Origin: Tubiluchus corallicola
Taxonomy: Eukaryota > Animalia > Priapulida
NCBI GenBank assembly: GCA_030141605.1
Contig: JAQGDQ010000118.1
Coordinates: 529,174 to 593,173, forward strand
Length of the DNA stretch: 64,000 nucleotides
Direction: 5' to 3'
In this document: one piece after another, positions 15,333-27,447 of the stretch
Layout of the letters: every line of letters starts with the position of its first letter
How positions within the stretch are numbered: the stretch's first letter is position 1
Notes under the pieces: generated by a model
What the model was told of the DNA's origin: nothing
What the model saw: the letters and a program-made list of their open reading frames with translations, nothing else
Database searches by the model: none
Program-made: the position numbers and the translations under genes

Positions 15333-15547
15333 CTTTAGAGAGTGACCATGGAGGACAGCGAAGGAAAATACTAGCGACACTTGTAGAAACAAACAAACCA
15401 TGTATTACAGGCGGCAAATAACCGCTCTGCTTTTGTCAATACGTCCTGATCAGTTAGTTTTAAATTTTCATGCAGAGACGAACTTCATACAGCCGCGATA
15501 GGCGCAACGACTTTGTAACCTGCCCGTTAAACTGTCTCGACCTATAA

Positions 15548-16007
15548 CCCTTTCATACCCGTTGTATCCCGTGGGATACGAGAATATTTTCTGCCTTTAA
15601 AATTAATAAAATTTTAAAACTGACAGTTATTTGATCTGTTAATAGTTATTTTGATTTAAGACAATAACAATAGACTATAAATGGTGATAAAATGGCAAAC
15701 TAGAAAATCTACATAGCATAAAAAACTGTGCAAGGTACAGTACTTTAGAGACGACTTTGTACAGATCAGTATAGCATGCATACTAAATGTCTTAAATACT
15801 TTAAAAAATTATCAGCAGTTGCAAAATGAAGCACATTTTATGCTTCCATTGAATCCCAATGTATCCCGTGGGATACAGGCTATGTTTAGCACGCGGCACA
15901 AGTAGAAAAATAATAATTATTATGTGTAAACAAGATGGACATACTGAACAAAAGTACTAAATCAAAATTTTTTTTCTTTTTAAAAAAATAATTTGGGACT
16001 GAAAGGG
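15548..16007. mobile_element. piggyBac-like MITE
   Basis: Ends CCCTTTCA...TGAAAGGG flanked by ATAA / TTAA; internal palindrome GTATCCCGTGGGATAC occurs twice. Confidence 0.75.
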
Positions 16008-16369
16008 TTAAGCGCAGTATTCTGTGTTGAAATGATAAAAAAGAGTTTAACAATCAAGCCCAGAGACAGGTATTATCCCATAATGTTTGGCAGAGCGTGT
16101 AATTAATTTCTTATCACGTACAGCTTCAAAATCATCAAAATAATTAATAATTATATAATCAAATATGAACGGATATTTTTTATGGTACTCATTATTCCAG
16201 CAATAATAATTGACCATGACGTTTTCAGGTCAATGTTACATTCAATTTATGATACGTTTGCTACTGTAATAATAATTGCATATGGTGGTCTGCCTACAAG
16301 TGCATCAGTGGGTTAATTACTTCACCGCAAAATATAGATTTTGTATATGCTGGCCTGAAACCACAAACA

Positions 16370-17370
16370 AAAACATGAAATATGAATTTATTTCACAGCA
16401 ACTCAAACATACATACAAACTGATATAACATTGACAAAAAAGTAAATAAACTATGCGAGTTACTGTGAGGAGGGGAAGGAGCATTGAGCTTTCGAGTCCT
16501 CCTCCAGATAAGTGAAACAATTGACAATTAACATTACGTTTTCATCAGTTATAACGTTCATTGCAACAAAATAAGTTTTGTTAGTAACTTAAGATCAGGA
16601 TGAGTAAAATTGTGAGTTAATTATACCGTTGTAGTAGGTAATTCTTTGATGCTTTTTTAAACTGATAAAGATTAAGAGTTTTCATTTCACGCGGAATTGA
16701 TGACCATATTTTAATAGCATTATATTTTGATGACTGTTTCATTATATTTGTTTTTGGAAGGGGGAGTACATAGTTTTCGACTGAATATCTTGTGTAATGA
16801 TCATGTTGATTTGAAACTGGACTAAAGTATGACTGAAAAGCTGGTGGAAGTAGTGAATTATGACAGAGATACATGGAATGAAGACAATACATGTCATATA
16901 TTTCTTTCACTTTAAGAGTTTTAACAGATAAATAAATTATATTTGTGGACTGGTCATACCTTACATGATATATCAGTTTGAGAATTTTGTTCTGGGTAAT
17001 TTGTAAAGCTTCCAGATTACTTTTATATACACCGCCCCAAGACATGACGCCATATATTAGATATGGGTAAACTAAACTGTAATAGATTTTCATCAATGTT
17101 TCTCCATTAACAAACTTGCATAATTTATAGATGATTCGCAAGGTTTTACTCAATTTATGCTTTATTATACTTATTTGATACTTGCAGTCTAGGTGCTCAT
17201 CAAGAAATATTCCCAAATATTTAACATGTGACTTTTTTCAACAATAACATTACTAAGAACTATGGTTATATTTCTTGATGGTGTTCTCCTTTTCTTTTTT
17301 AGAAGCATGAAGTTAGATTTATTAATATTCAATGAAAGCTTATTGACATTCAACCATTCTGTAACAAGTA
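16370..17370 (-). mobile_element. 5'-truncated LINE (CR1/L2-like) 3' end: end of RT plus C-terminal ORF2 region
   Basis: Translation KYLGIFLDEHL...IYYSLVYPYLIYGVMSWG...LQITQNKILKLI...HDHYTR...KYNAIKIWSSIP is typical LINE ORF2 C-terminal sequence (ORF 16617-17216). Confidence 0.88.
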
Positions 17371-17834
17371 AATTATATTTTGCGGAAACATATTGCCGTT
17401 GAAAAGCGGGATTATTAGTTTATTTCCTACTAATGTTCAATTTTATGCGCAACGCAAATGAACGCATGGCTGGGTTTCATATCTGCTTGGCTTCATTTGG
17501 GGAAACAAAAGCACGTAAACTGTAATGTGGTCAGATTCGTGGATGTTGCCGCGTGATAACTTATTTGGCAATTTGCTGGCATTATCTCCTTGTTGTCCGT
17601 CAGCTTCATTTATGTCGGATATAATAAGCTTTCATTGCGCTGGCTTCAATCATATTTGCGCTGCATTGTAGCAGACGAACTTTGTAATGAGTAAACCTAA
17701 CGAGTTTCCGGAATCGGTGTCTCTCAAATGAACGTGATTTTATGTTGGTATAAGTCACTGAATTGTCTTGGACTACGTCGGGCAAGTATTTAGCAAGTAC
17801 GTTCAATTTTGAAGTTTCTTGCCAATACAATTGT

Positions 17835-18319
17835 CAGGGTGCATAAGATTATGGACATGTATAAAATAAATAAAATAGCTTATTTTATGGATTTTTGAAA
17901 TTTTCTTTTATGGATATCAATAAAATAAGAAATAGACTACATCTGGAACGAGATGCCCAGGGGAAAATCAATTAAAAAGTAAAAACAGGAGTGCTTGAAA
18001 CGGGTTTTTAAACACGCAGGACTTAGTTTTAATTTTTCGGTTTCATATCACTTCAAGTTTAATCAAATTATACGAGACAATGCCTTGTAATTCATCACTT
18101 CAGTTCAAATAATTCATCTATTTGGTACGAATGTAGAATGCCCTCTAGGCTGAAGTTTCCAATCCAATGCCTGTATTCAGTTTTGATTGCCTTATTTTGT
18201 ACAAAAAATCACAAAAATGTTTTTTTATTTTATGCATTTCTTATTTTATGGATTTTTCAAATTTTATTTTATGGATTTTTGGACTTATTTTATGGATATC
18301 CATAATCTTATGCAGCCTT
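17835..18319. mobile_element. MITE with 8-bp TSD (hAT- or P-like)
   Basis: TIR CAGGGTGCATAAGATTATGGA / TCCATAATCTTATGCAGCCTT; TSD ACAATTGT on both sides; internal TATTTTATGGA repeats. Confidence 0.85.
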
Positions 18320-18597
18320 ACAATTGTGTAACATAATAGGTTAACTGTCATTGGTGCGTCAAAAACTGTTTTTCACGAAGAAAAACTTAGAATCTAAAAA
18401 GAAAGAAGCAAACTGTTATTCTAATAAAATTATTAGTGAAGGATTTTATGAAGATGGGGTCACTAATTTTTTTATCCTTATGAAGAATGGTGTTTTTAAC
18501 TGAAGAATCAAGTTGAAAACGAGTCATAAACAAGTCGAAAGAAACTACACCGATTTTGTCCAGTATAATCAGTATCACTTTTTTGCGATTTTATTAA

Positions 18598-19117
18598 AGG
18601 AAGACCGGCCGATTGTTTAGACTCAATCTCATTTTAATTTACTGTCCAAAATATACATTTTGTTGCCTATAAAAGTTATCAATTGTTCCTTATATTTGAA
18701 TAATTAGCTTAGAAAGTTAATTAACTGCAACTGAACACAGCTATTGCTTACGTCAGAAACTAACCACAGTTTTCCCTTGCGCAAAAGGCGTAAGTGTATA
18801 AGTGTTGTACAAGTGTTACAGTACTGTTTAAACGCAGTACTGATGTCACAAAAAATGGGCTTTACATCATATGACGTCAGAAACTAACACTGCAGTTCAC
18901 GATCATGCTTATCACGGTACCGCCTTCAATTTTCGACCACGCGAATGCGACTAAAAGGCGCCGCTGCCAATCTTAGTAGATTCACTGAGCCGCGCGTAAC
19001 TTTGCAAGTTTAACGAAATTTGAGTATCCGAGGTAATTATCATTTAATCTAAGCTTTGATTTTAAAAAAGCTATTATAGTTTTCAATATTTTAGAGCATT
19101 CTTTACTCTGAACTAAA
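18598..19117 (+). mobile_element. Kolobok-like MITE family, copy 1 (right end truncated)
   Basis: TTAA|AGGAAGACCGG..GATTGTTTAGACTCAATCTC start; homologous to 41185-41705, 55032-55752, 56777-57324 and 58453-58749. Confidence 0.8.
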
Positions 19118-19427
19118 AAGGGAATATGTTTTGGCAGAAGCGATTCAAGAGAGTCTTCGTGCTCGTACAGAATTATTTGAAAACTGTATAGGTTGAGTTT
19201 GATAAAACTTTGATTTATAAGTTTATAAGTTTATTTATTTCCACTCTGTATGTAACAGTTATAATAAAAATACAGATAACTTCAATGAAGTAAATATAAA
19301 TGCAATATTATCCAGAAATTACAAAAGAGATTCTTATGCAGCATATACATATGCAGCAAATTACATTACAGAATAATTTTGATGCATACAGTTTGAGCCT
19401 AAAAGCATAGCTTGACAGGCCAAACTG

Positions 19428-19832
19428 TCTGTAGCGGATAGCCCTACAGGCTGAATAGGCTGAAGCCTAAGGCTCGTGATCAAAAGGGGCCCGGCAAAAT
19501 AAAACGAAAAAAATTTTTTTTTGTAAAAAAAAATAAATTGACAAAAGAGCAAGGGGCCCGCCAAAATAAAATATAGAAAAAAGTTTTTTTTTCAAAAGTC
19601 AGTCACTATATTTCTAATCGGGTTTACACAATTCACGTTTACACAGTTTAAGTTTAAGTTCAAAATTTCAGTTTCCGAATTTTTCTGGGGGCAAAGTCAG
19701 TTATAATTTCTGAAAAGTCCATTTTTTTCAACATATCTGACACAAAAACACGTCAGCTCAGCAGTGTAGCAACATCTAAAAGGCCCGTTCCAAGCTCAAG
19801 CCTAAGGCCCATAAAATCATAATCCGCCGCTG
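19428..19832. mobile_element. Probable MITE
   Basis: Ends ...TAGCGGATAG / AATCCGCCGCTG; internal direct repeats AAGCCTAAGGC and AGGGGCCCG. Confidence 0.4.
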
Positions 19833-20727
19833 CAAACTGTACGTGAAAATCTTAAAGAAGTGATTAATAATTGAAATAATGATGATATATACATAAAAGT
19901 GGAGGGGGGAGTAGTGAATGAAAGATGAAATGGAGCGAGAACTAGGAAAAACTGTGATCATGATTATAAAGTGTTCAGTAACCTGTTGAGCATAGTCACG
20001 TTATATTAAGATTACCGTGGAAAAAGAATGCAGGTGATTACCATTATCAAACTGTGTTACTCTCAATACTTTTGAAATATTTCTGTTCTGACGGTTTTTT
20101 TAAAAGTTGAAAGGGAGTGACTACATTTTGAATTGCGGCTTAGTCTATTCCATAGGACTGGTCCCATATAGGGTGATGCATTAACATGCAAAACCATGAA
20201 CTGAAAACATCAGAACTTCTGCTGAACTTTCACACAAAAAGCGATTCTGAAATTAGATTGAAGCTACACAAGATCAAAACTGCAATGAATTCATTGAAAT
20301 ACTTGTACAGAAAATTTCTGTGTAGACCTAATGTTAGTGTGTACTACAGCGCTAGTGTGTGTTTTTATTCTGAGTTTAAAGTTCTCTGCTAAAAATCGCT
20401 AATTGAAATTTATTATGTTTTCAGGGCTAAGATTTCACTGAATACTCAGCGTAGGGGGAGTCAGCTTATGTACAATTGTACATAGGAGAAAATTATGTGG
20501 TTACCTTGCTGTTGGGTGCTGAAAATCTAGATTTTTGTGCTCTTAAGAGTTCGGCTCTTTCACGGCAAAAACATACGGTAACTTATTACACGATTTATCT
20601 AGAAAGAGTAGGATGATGGAGATTTTTGTTTGCTAGTGTAACAAGCAGAACTGTAGAAAAAAATAAAATGCAAAAAAGGAAACTGTTTGGGGAATTTGAT
20701 TAATGTGGCGATCGTTCTGCCGTAAAG

Positions 20728-21972
20728 ATGGACTTTAATATTTCATTAACTAGAATTATCAATGAATCATTTGAGATGCTCACCACAATGGAAGCAACCA
20801 CAGCACCTCCGCTCACCACAATGGAAGCAACTACAGCACCTCAGCTCACAACAATGGAAGCAGCTACAGCAACTTCTGAAGCCACCACAATGAACAGGAA
20901 CATCTACTGGGGGATCATTTTCCCCGTGCTTTCCGGCGTTACCTTTGCTGGTAATGTTGTCAACGTTCTGGTATTTGGATCGAAACACATGCCCGTATCG
21001 CCTTTCAACACTCTGTTGCTAGGCCTTGCGGTCACTGAAGGTCTTCAAGGTGCATGTTTCACCATTGAAAAGGTAAGAGCTGTCTACTGCTCCAGCCCCG
21101 GGTGTGACAAGGACGATGTCCAGTTCTGCTTGACCAAATTTGGAGATCTTTTCTTCTACACCGCCAACTGGATTGTAGTTTTCATCTCCGTGTTCCGCTG
21201 CATTGCCGTGTCGCTACCACTAAGACTCAAGTTTCTGTGCACTGTGTACAGAGCTCGAGTACTCATTGTTGCCAGCTTAATAGGAAACCTAATCAAAGAG
21301 TTGCCATATTGGATACAAAAATACGTGGTGTCATTTGACGAAGAGTTGATTATAATGGAACCCATCAATCAAGTGATTGGACGCGTGATTCCCTGTTTAA
21401 TTGTACTCTGTTCAACTATGTTGTCAATAGTCGTTGTTAGAAGATTACCAAATGTCTCCCTTCCAAAGTCGTGGAGGAAACAGCGTAAAACTAGAGACGA
21501 GCAAACGATGGTCAGGATGCTCTTGGTCCTATTGATTATCTTCTTTTTGACCAACGCGTACTGCGTTTTCCTGATACTTGGTCGCATCTATGGTCTGCAG
21601 TTCATAGATCCGCTATTGTTTTCCACGCCAATAGCTTTTGGGTTCAATTCTGCAATGAACGTGTTCCTGTACTTTCTCATGTCGTCACAGTTTCGTTCCG
21701 TGTTTTGCAAATACTTCCAGTGTGCAGACGGCAAGGAAGCGGACGCATTATCAAGCAGCACCACTTCTTCGTTTGGTTCCAACTTTAGAAATTTCAGGGC
21801 AAGCTTGTTGTCACGTGTTCGGTCAAATAGTGCCAAATGTAATGCTTCTGGTGCCCATGCTGATATCTGTAAACCGAACGGGGTGGTTGCTTTGGCCTAC
21901 CGCCCCAACAGCATAAGTAGCTCTTTAAAGAGTAATGACACCTCCTTCACTACTGACCACACAAAATTCTGA
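20728..21972 (+). CDS. Rhodopsin-class (class A) GPCR, FMRFamide-receptor/Srw-like, intronless, 414 aa
   Basis: Seven hydrophobic segments; TM1 GN, TM2 LAxxE, TM3 ISVFRCIAVSLP (DRY position), TM5 IP, TM7 NSAMNVFLY plus helix-8 FR; Thr-rich N-terminus with LTTMEA repeats. Confidence 0.93.
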   Translation: MDFNISLTRIINESFEMLTTMEATTAPPLTTMEATTAPQLTTMEAATATSEATTMNRNIYWGIIFPVLSGVTFAGNVVNVLVFGSKHMPVSPFNTLLLGLAVTEGLQGACFTIEKVRAVYCSSPGCDKDDVQFCLTKFGDLFFYTANWIVVFISVFRCIAVSLPLRLKFLCTVYRARVLIVASLIGNLIKELPYWIQKYVVSFDEELIIMEPINQVIGRVIPCLIVLCSTMLSIVVVRRLPNVSLPKSWRKQRKTRDEQTMVRMLLVLLIIFFLTNAYCVFLILGRIYGLQFIDPLLFSTPIAFGFNSAMNVFLYFLMSSQFRSVFCKYFQCADGKEADALSSSTTSSFGSNFRNFRASLLSRVRSNSAKCNASGAHADICKPNGVVALAYRPNSISSSLKSNDTSFTTDHTKF

Positions 21973-22336
21973 ATGATTTAGTAGAATGAAATATCTTTCA
22001 AATCGAAAATCAAAAATGGAAAAACCGGAATTTGATCAACTGCCACTTGAGCCAGAAGTAGCAATGAGAATGGCAATGCTGTTGTGTGGCACTGGTGCAA
22101 GCCGGTATAATAAATATCATTCAGCGATGTTAAACTGCATCGAACTAATATATACTAAAGTTTGCCGATACAATTTATGGCAAAAAAGTGTATTTTCATC
22201 CATCATCCATACATAGACATTTGCTGTATCGTATAAATTGTTTGAACGAATATATGTTTTATGCGATAAACATGCCGTCAATGTGTATACTTTTGTACTA
22301 ATTATTATACAGCAGTAACTTGTGGCTAGTTTTTAT

Positions 22337-22700
22337 TAGGGGTGAGCATTCTCTACCAGAAAGCGAATTCGAATCCAACCGAACTTCAGTGTTTCGAATT
22401 CGAATTGAGATCGAAAGATTTTCGAACAAGTTTTCGAACCACCAGCAAAAATTAGTCTTACAAAGATCATGCATATCACTAGATTTCGTTGTGCAGTAAA
22501 ACGACTAGTAATTTGTTTAAAGTTGTGCGCAGAAATCACAGCTAAATTGTGCTAATTTCATGATGTTTCAATCGTTTTAGTGATAAAGAGCATACGTGAT
22601 TGAAGTGCTGAATTATTCGAATCTATAGTTTTGGATTCGAATCGAGTTCGAACTAAAAAACTCGTTCGAATCGAATTCGAACGTTCGATGCTCACCCCTA
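22337..22700. mobile_element. hAT-type MITE with TTCGAA repeats (copy 2)
   Basis: Same TIRs and interior as 6689-7132, with deletions; TSD degenerate. Confidence 0.88.
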
Positions 22701-25700
22701 GACTTTCTTAACTACAACAATGATTAATAAACTGATTATGCAGTCAGGGCCGGGTTATGACTTTTTAGGGCCCCTAGGCTAATGAAATTATTGGCTCCCG
22801 CAGATGGAGCCACTCTTTCACCCTTCAAATCTTGGATAGTTTTACTCGTGACATATTTTCGCGATATTTTCATTGCTTAAAGTAAACTTATTGCAACTTC
22901 TTTAACTAAACTAGAAAAGCTATCTTTCATTTGTTATTAAAGATATTATTACAAATCATAATGTTTTAAGAAATAAGATCATTATTTATTGCAAACCAAA
23001 TTGACACATATTTCAACACAACCGTAGCGAAAACCGATTTTTTTAACCAAATGTTACGAATTACAGCTTCGGGGCTCAAGACCTGTACTAGCTAATAGAA
23101 TAATCATTCATTCGCCCTGCATGCCGTATGACCCCACGTTATAGTAAGTTAATTCAGTAATGTCAGGTATCCATTCATTTAGGTATTCGCTAATTCAGAT
23201 GTCAGGTGTGTTTGTGAGTTCAATTTTCATTTTGTTTTCTTAATAGGTAATTTTATTCTCAATTCTCAATTGGTAATGTTCTCTTATTCTAGTTTTTAAT
23301 TCAGCCTCTTCATGCTTTTTGTACCCTTCATTTTACTGACATTGACACATTTACTTTACCTGTAGTTCCATCTGTATTTTTTTATTATTGTATTTTCTTG
23401 TGCAGCTGATGAAGTCCGAGGAGAGGACAAAAGCTCTTAAAGAAAAAACAAAGAATTTTTGAGATTTATGGGCATTTTAACTTCTTCCCTTGCGGTTATG
23501 GCAAGTCTCGGAAAAGCACTATTTTATTTTCAAGCTAAATTAACTTGTGTTAATGTTTTAGACTGTAAATAATATAATTATCCGTTAGCAACATTGTTGT
23601 AGCATAGCATGTTGATGGTAACTCAAAAAACTATCCTCAGTAGTTAGTCATTAGTTTTTGTTTAGAATCCACTATTTTACAATTAATGATAGTGAAGTGG
23701 GAATATTCCTGCTTATCGCAGCCAATCCTGGTAACTAAAACAACGGCTTACTTTCGCATTTAAAATAATGAGGCATTAAAACAATTAAAACAATAAAACA
23801 ATTAAACCAAATCTTTTTTGCTACAACCGTGTACGAGTTTCATTATTTCTTTTTATATAAACATATTATATTTTTCATAACCTTTGGTATACAGGAAAAG
23901 CTTGATTAACATACCTCAGGAATGTGTAGGTACTCTAATAATACAGTGCTGGGACATTTACATTCAGGTGTCCACATTTTAACAGTGACAGTGCATCAGC
24001 TACAGCCATATAAAATTTATTTAATATATTTTACATATAAATTGTACATTTAATCTGTAATACATTAATTATACACTAAAATGTCACTAATTATACATTA
24101 ATTATATATTTAATCTGTAATACATTATTTATACATATAACTGCCATTACTGAATCGATTTGCATGTTATAAATTCCTTCGTTATATCAAAAATAGTTTT
24201 ATTTTGGTCAAAATTAAAAAGTAATTTACCGTGTAATACAATATGAATTTAGTTTCGATGCTTTATTCATTAAATCATGGTTTACTCACCACGAAGCTGA
24301 GTTACGAAGGTGAGTTATTAGATACTTAGTTTAATGTTGGAATGGTATTAATGGAGCTAATAATAATGATGACATTTTTGTAAAATTACATTTGTAAATT
24401 GTCAAGGACTACCCATCATTATTGTAAAGTTACTTCTTTTTCTGAAACAAATTTAGTTTTATGTTTCATTATGTCATAATTCCCAATTCTTGACAGATAT
24501 TGCTAGTGCCTTATCTGGGCTGCCCATATACGACACTGTTTTCCGCAAATTTAGCTCACGCACTTTAGCGGACGTGTCCTAATTCGGCTAGTGACGTACT
24601 CCGCACCCTACAACTGCATTTTCTTTATATTCATCATTATAGGGGCGTGAGAAACACTGAACGGGACAAACGTCGAAATCATTATGTTGCTTTTTGCGAT
24701 TGCAACTGTCGTTGACGATTTCCCGTAATGCCCAAACGGTACTCTAATCTTATACAGTGTTACTTGTCATAAGCACAAATTTCTTTTTTTATTAACTTTT
24801 ATTCTGTATGCCCCATTTTTTATAGATGTAACATGCATCTGACAGTTACGTCTGAGCCTTGCGTTGGAGTGCTCAATTCAATTCAATTATTTATTATCTC
24901 CGTTAGAACGATAAAAATACAGTATAAAGAATACATGGAATATTTTGAAGCAAGGGAGAAGGGCAGCGAAGAACCCGTAGGTTATCAAGTCAGCCACCCT
25001 TAAATAGTTATGATTAAATAAACTTAATTATGGCGTCGTTATCAATTTGAATTTGTATTCAGTTGATGTGTGTTAATTTGGCAATTGAATGATAGGTATC
25101 GTAATACTGTAGAACATATAGTTTAAATAACGAAAGATTTACAATTCTAAAATACTATAAATCATGCGAAGCAAACACAATAAAAATAACTTGAGATTTT
25201 TAAGATAACAGAGTATGCATAATTTGAGCATTAACTAAAAAATCCGGCAAAAACAAAAAACAGTAAAATGATCAACCAAAGCTGTCGAGAAAAAATATAA
25301 TAGATTAAACCAAGGAAAAATAAGGCAAATATAAATCATACAAAACAAAACAAGAAACAGAAGCAAATAAGAAAAACAAAACTGAAATGTTGTAATAATA
25401 ACATCAATGACTGAATTTGTTGAGAAAGAAAATATAATAAATTAAACCATCGAAAAACTACTTCAACTGTAAATCAGACAAAATGAAATCAAAATATAAC
25501 AAAAACTTAAACAAAATCTTTAAGTGTCGTAGCAATGAAAAAAATATGTATAGTATTACAAGTATATAAGCAAAATATACTTGGAACATGTGTTTTCCAA
25601 GTAATTCTACTATCTATAAATATACCAAGATATTTGATTAGTGGAAGGTTTATTTTCTTATCAAAATACTGGAAATCTTTCGTCACTCCCTGCAATGTTA

Positions 25701-27447
25701 CTACTATGCTATAGTGTTACTCTGTTAGATGTAACATGAATTCCACGTCCGCATTCTTCATGGTTAGCAAACTACAGATGCAGTAGTTTGTGGAGGTAGT
25801 GCTTTCTATAGTCTGCGAATATTAACAGCATTTCTATGTGTTCTATATTTCATACTAAAGTAAAGACTAGTTCTTGTCGTTTCATGCATCCAGGGGAGCT
25901 GTTGGCATGCTGTTAAAATTCTTATTCTTGTAGGTCTAATGATTGAATAACAATGACTTTGGTGTATTTTAAACATAACATCCTTTGTACGACCTGATGC
26001 GTTAACAAAATTTTGAATAAATTTGTAAAGTATGGTCATGTACTCTATCAGTGTCTTGAGTGGCTGATTCGATAACTAATGTTCTTTGCCACTCCTTCCC
26101 ATTGTTTTTGTAATTTATACCTATTCTCTATGTATTATTTTTGGGATGAAAAATAAATGATTTGATTTGAGTGTGAGAGTAACGTCACTCTGCCACCATG
26201 TATCAATAGGAGCATGTGTTTAAAAATAGGATGCAGTATTTTCAATGATCAGTTTTTTCGATCCGACTATTTTAATCAATAGGTGCATGTTTTGCCCATT
26301 TTCTCTGCTGAATATAAATGTTCATCTGGTCTGACGTAGTAATGGTGGAACTATTGACGAATGATTTGGAATTTGCTTGGAAAATTTGACATTAACAACT
26401 CCAAACCTCCAGCAATAATAAGTTACGGCTGCTTTGAAACTTAACAGATAAGCCACTTTTGGAGCTTTGAACCATTAATTTAAAGTCACTTTTATTACTA
26501 AAACTCCAAGTCAACATCTAGGCACCAAATTCTAATAATATGAAAATGAAAGCTATTAAAACTAACAAAATAATGTCAAAAGAACTGTCACTTAACTTTG
26601 AAAATTTTGGTCTTCCTAAAACTGTTGAATTTTTTGAGTTTGGTACTTTTGCTGTAGCTTGTACATTGTACAAGAAATGTCTAGAATTGTCCATGTACTG
26701 AGTAAACATTAGATAAAATTATTGTATCTTGACGTATTACACATAAATAAAAATCAAATAGTTTGTGGAGTTATTTTAGCATTTAGTTATCCTAAAACTG
26801 TAGATGATAAAATACGTTTAGCATTTATTATCAACGGCTCCATCTGTTTTTTTAGGTTTCTACTCCTCGCACAATGGATTTTCATGCAAAATTACTTCTG
26901 AAATACATTTGCTTACCTTCGACAAATTAAAAATGGATTTTTTTAAAAAAAATTGGAAAAGCTTTCAGTAACTGGAGGTCTTGCACTATAACAATGTACA
27001 GTATCACTTGTGTGAAATCGGCAAATGCAGAAAATTTCAGCCATGTAGACTCAACACTCCAATACATTTTGGCCTCATGTCTACTCTATTTTTAAGGAGA
27101 TATTTCTGTTAAAAGAAGATACGACCTTATTTTCTCCTGGCTGATCGGTTAAGTTTGCCTGGAACTCTGTACAGCATATCTCTCTTGGGCTGCAGCAAAT
27201 AAGCGATCAGTAAAGCAGCGTGTACAATCACGCAAGTGTACACCACACTAAGCTACTCAAAGTTGGAGTGTGTGAATAGGGCATGTTTTTCTTAATTTTA
27301 TCCAATCAAATCACTGTGCACAATAACAGAGAAGTCAGGTCCTATAAAACCTATTTTGAATGGTGCGGTCCTGAGGGAGTTATGCTTGAGACTATATGAA
27401 CTAATGTCATTATGATCAGTGATGTTTGAATTGTTTTTATCCAGATT

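Noticed and set aside
25507-26170. Short ORFs upstream of the cGLR as additional coding exons
   Set aside because: They contain LINE-RT relic motifs (KYLGIFIDSRITWKTH) and LINE-like 3' tails, so they are transposon debris.
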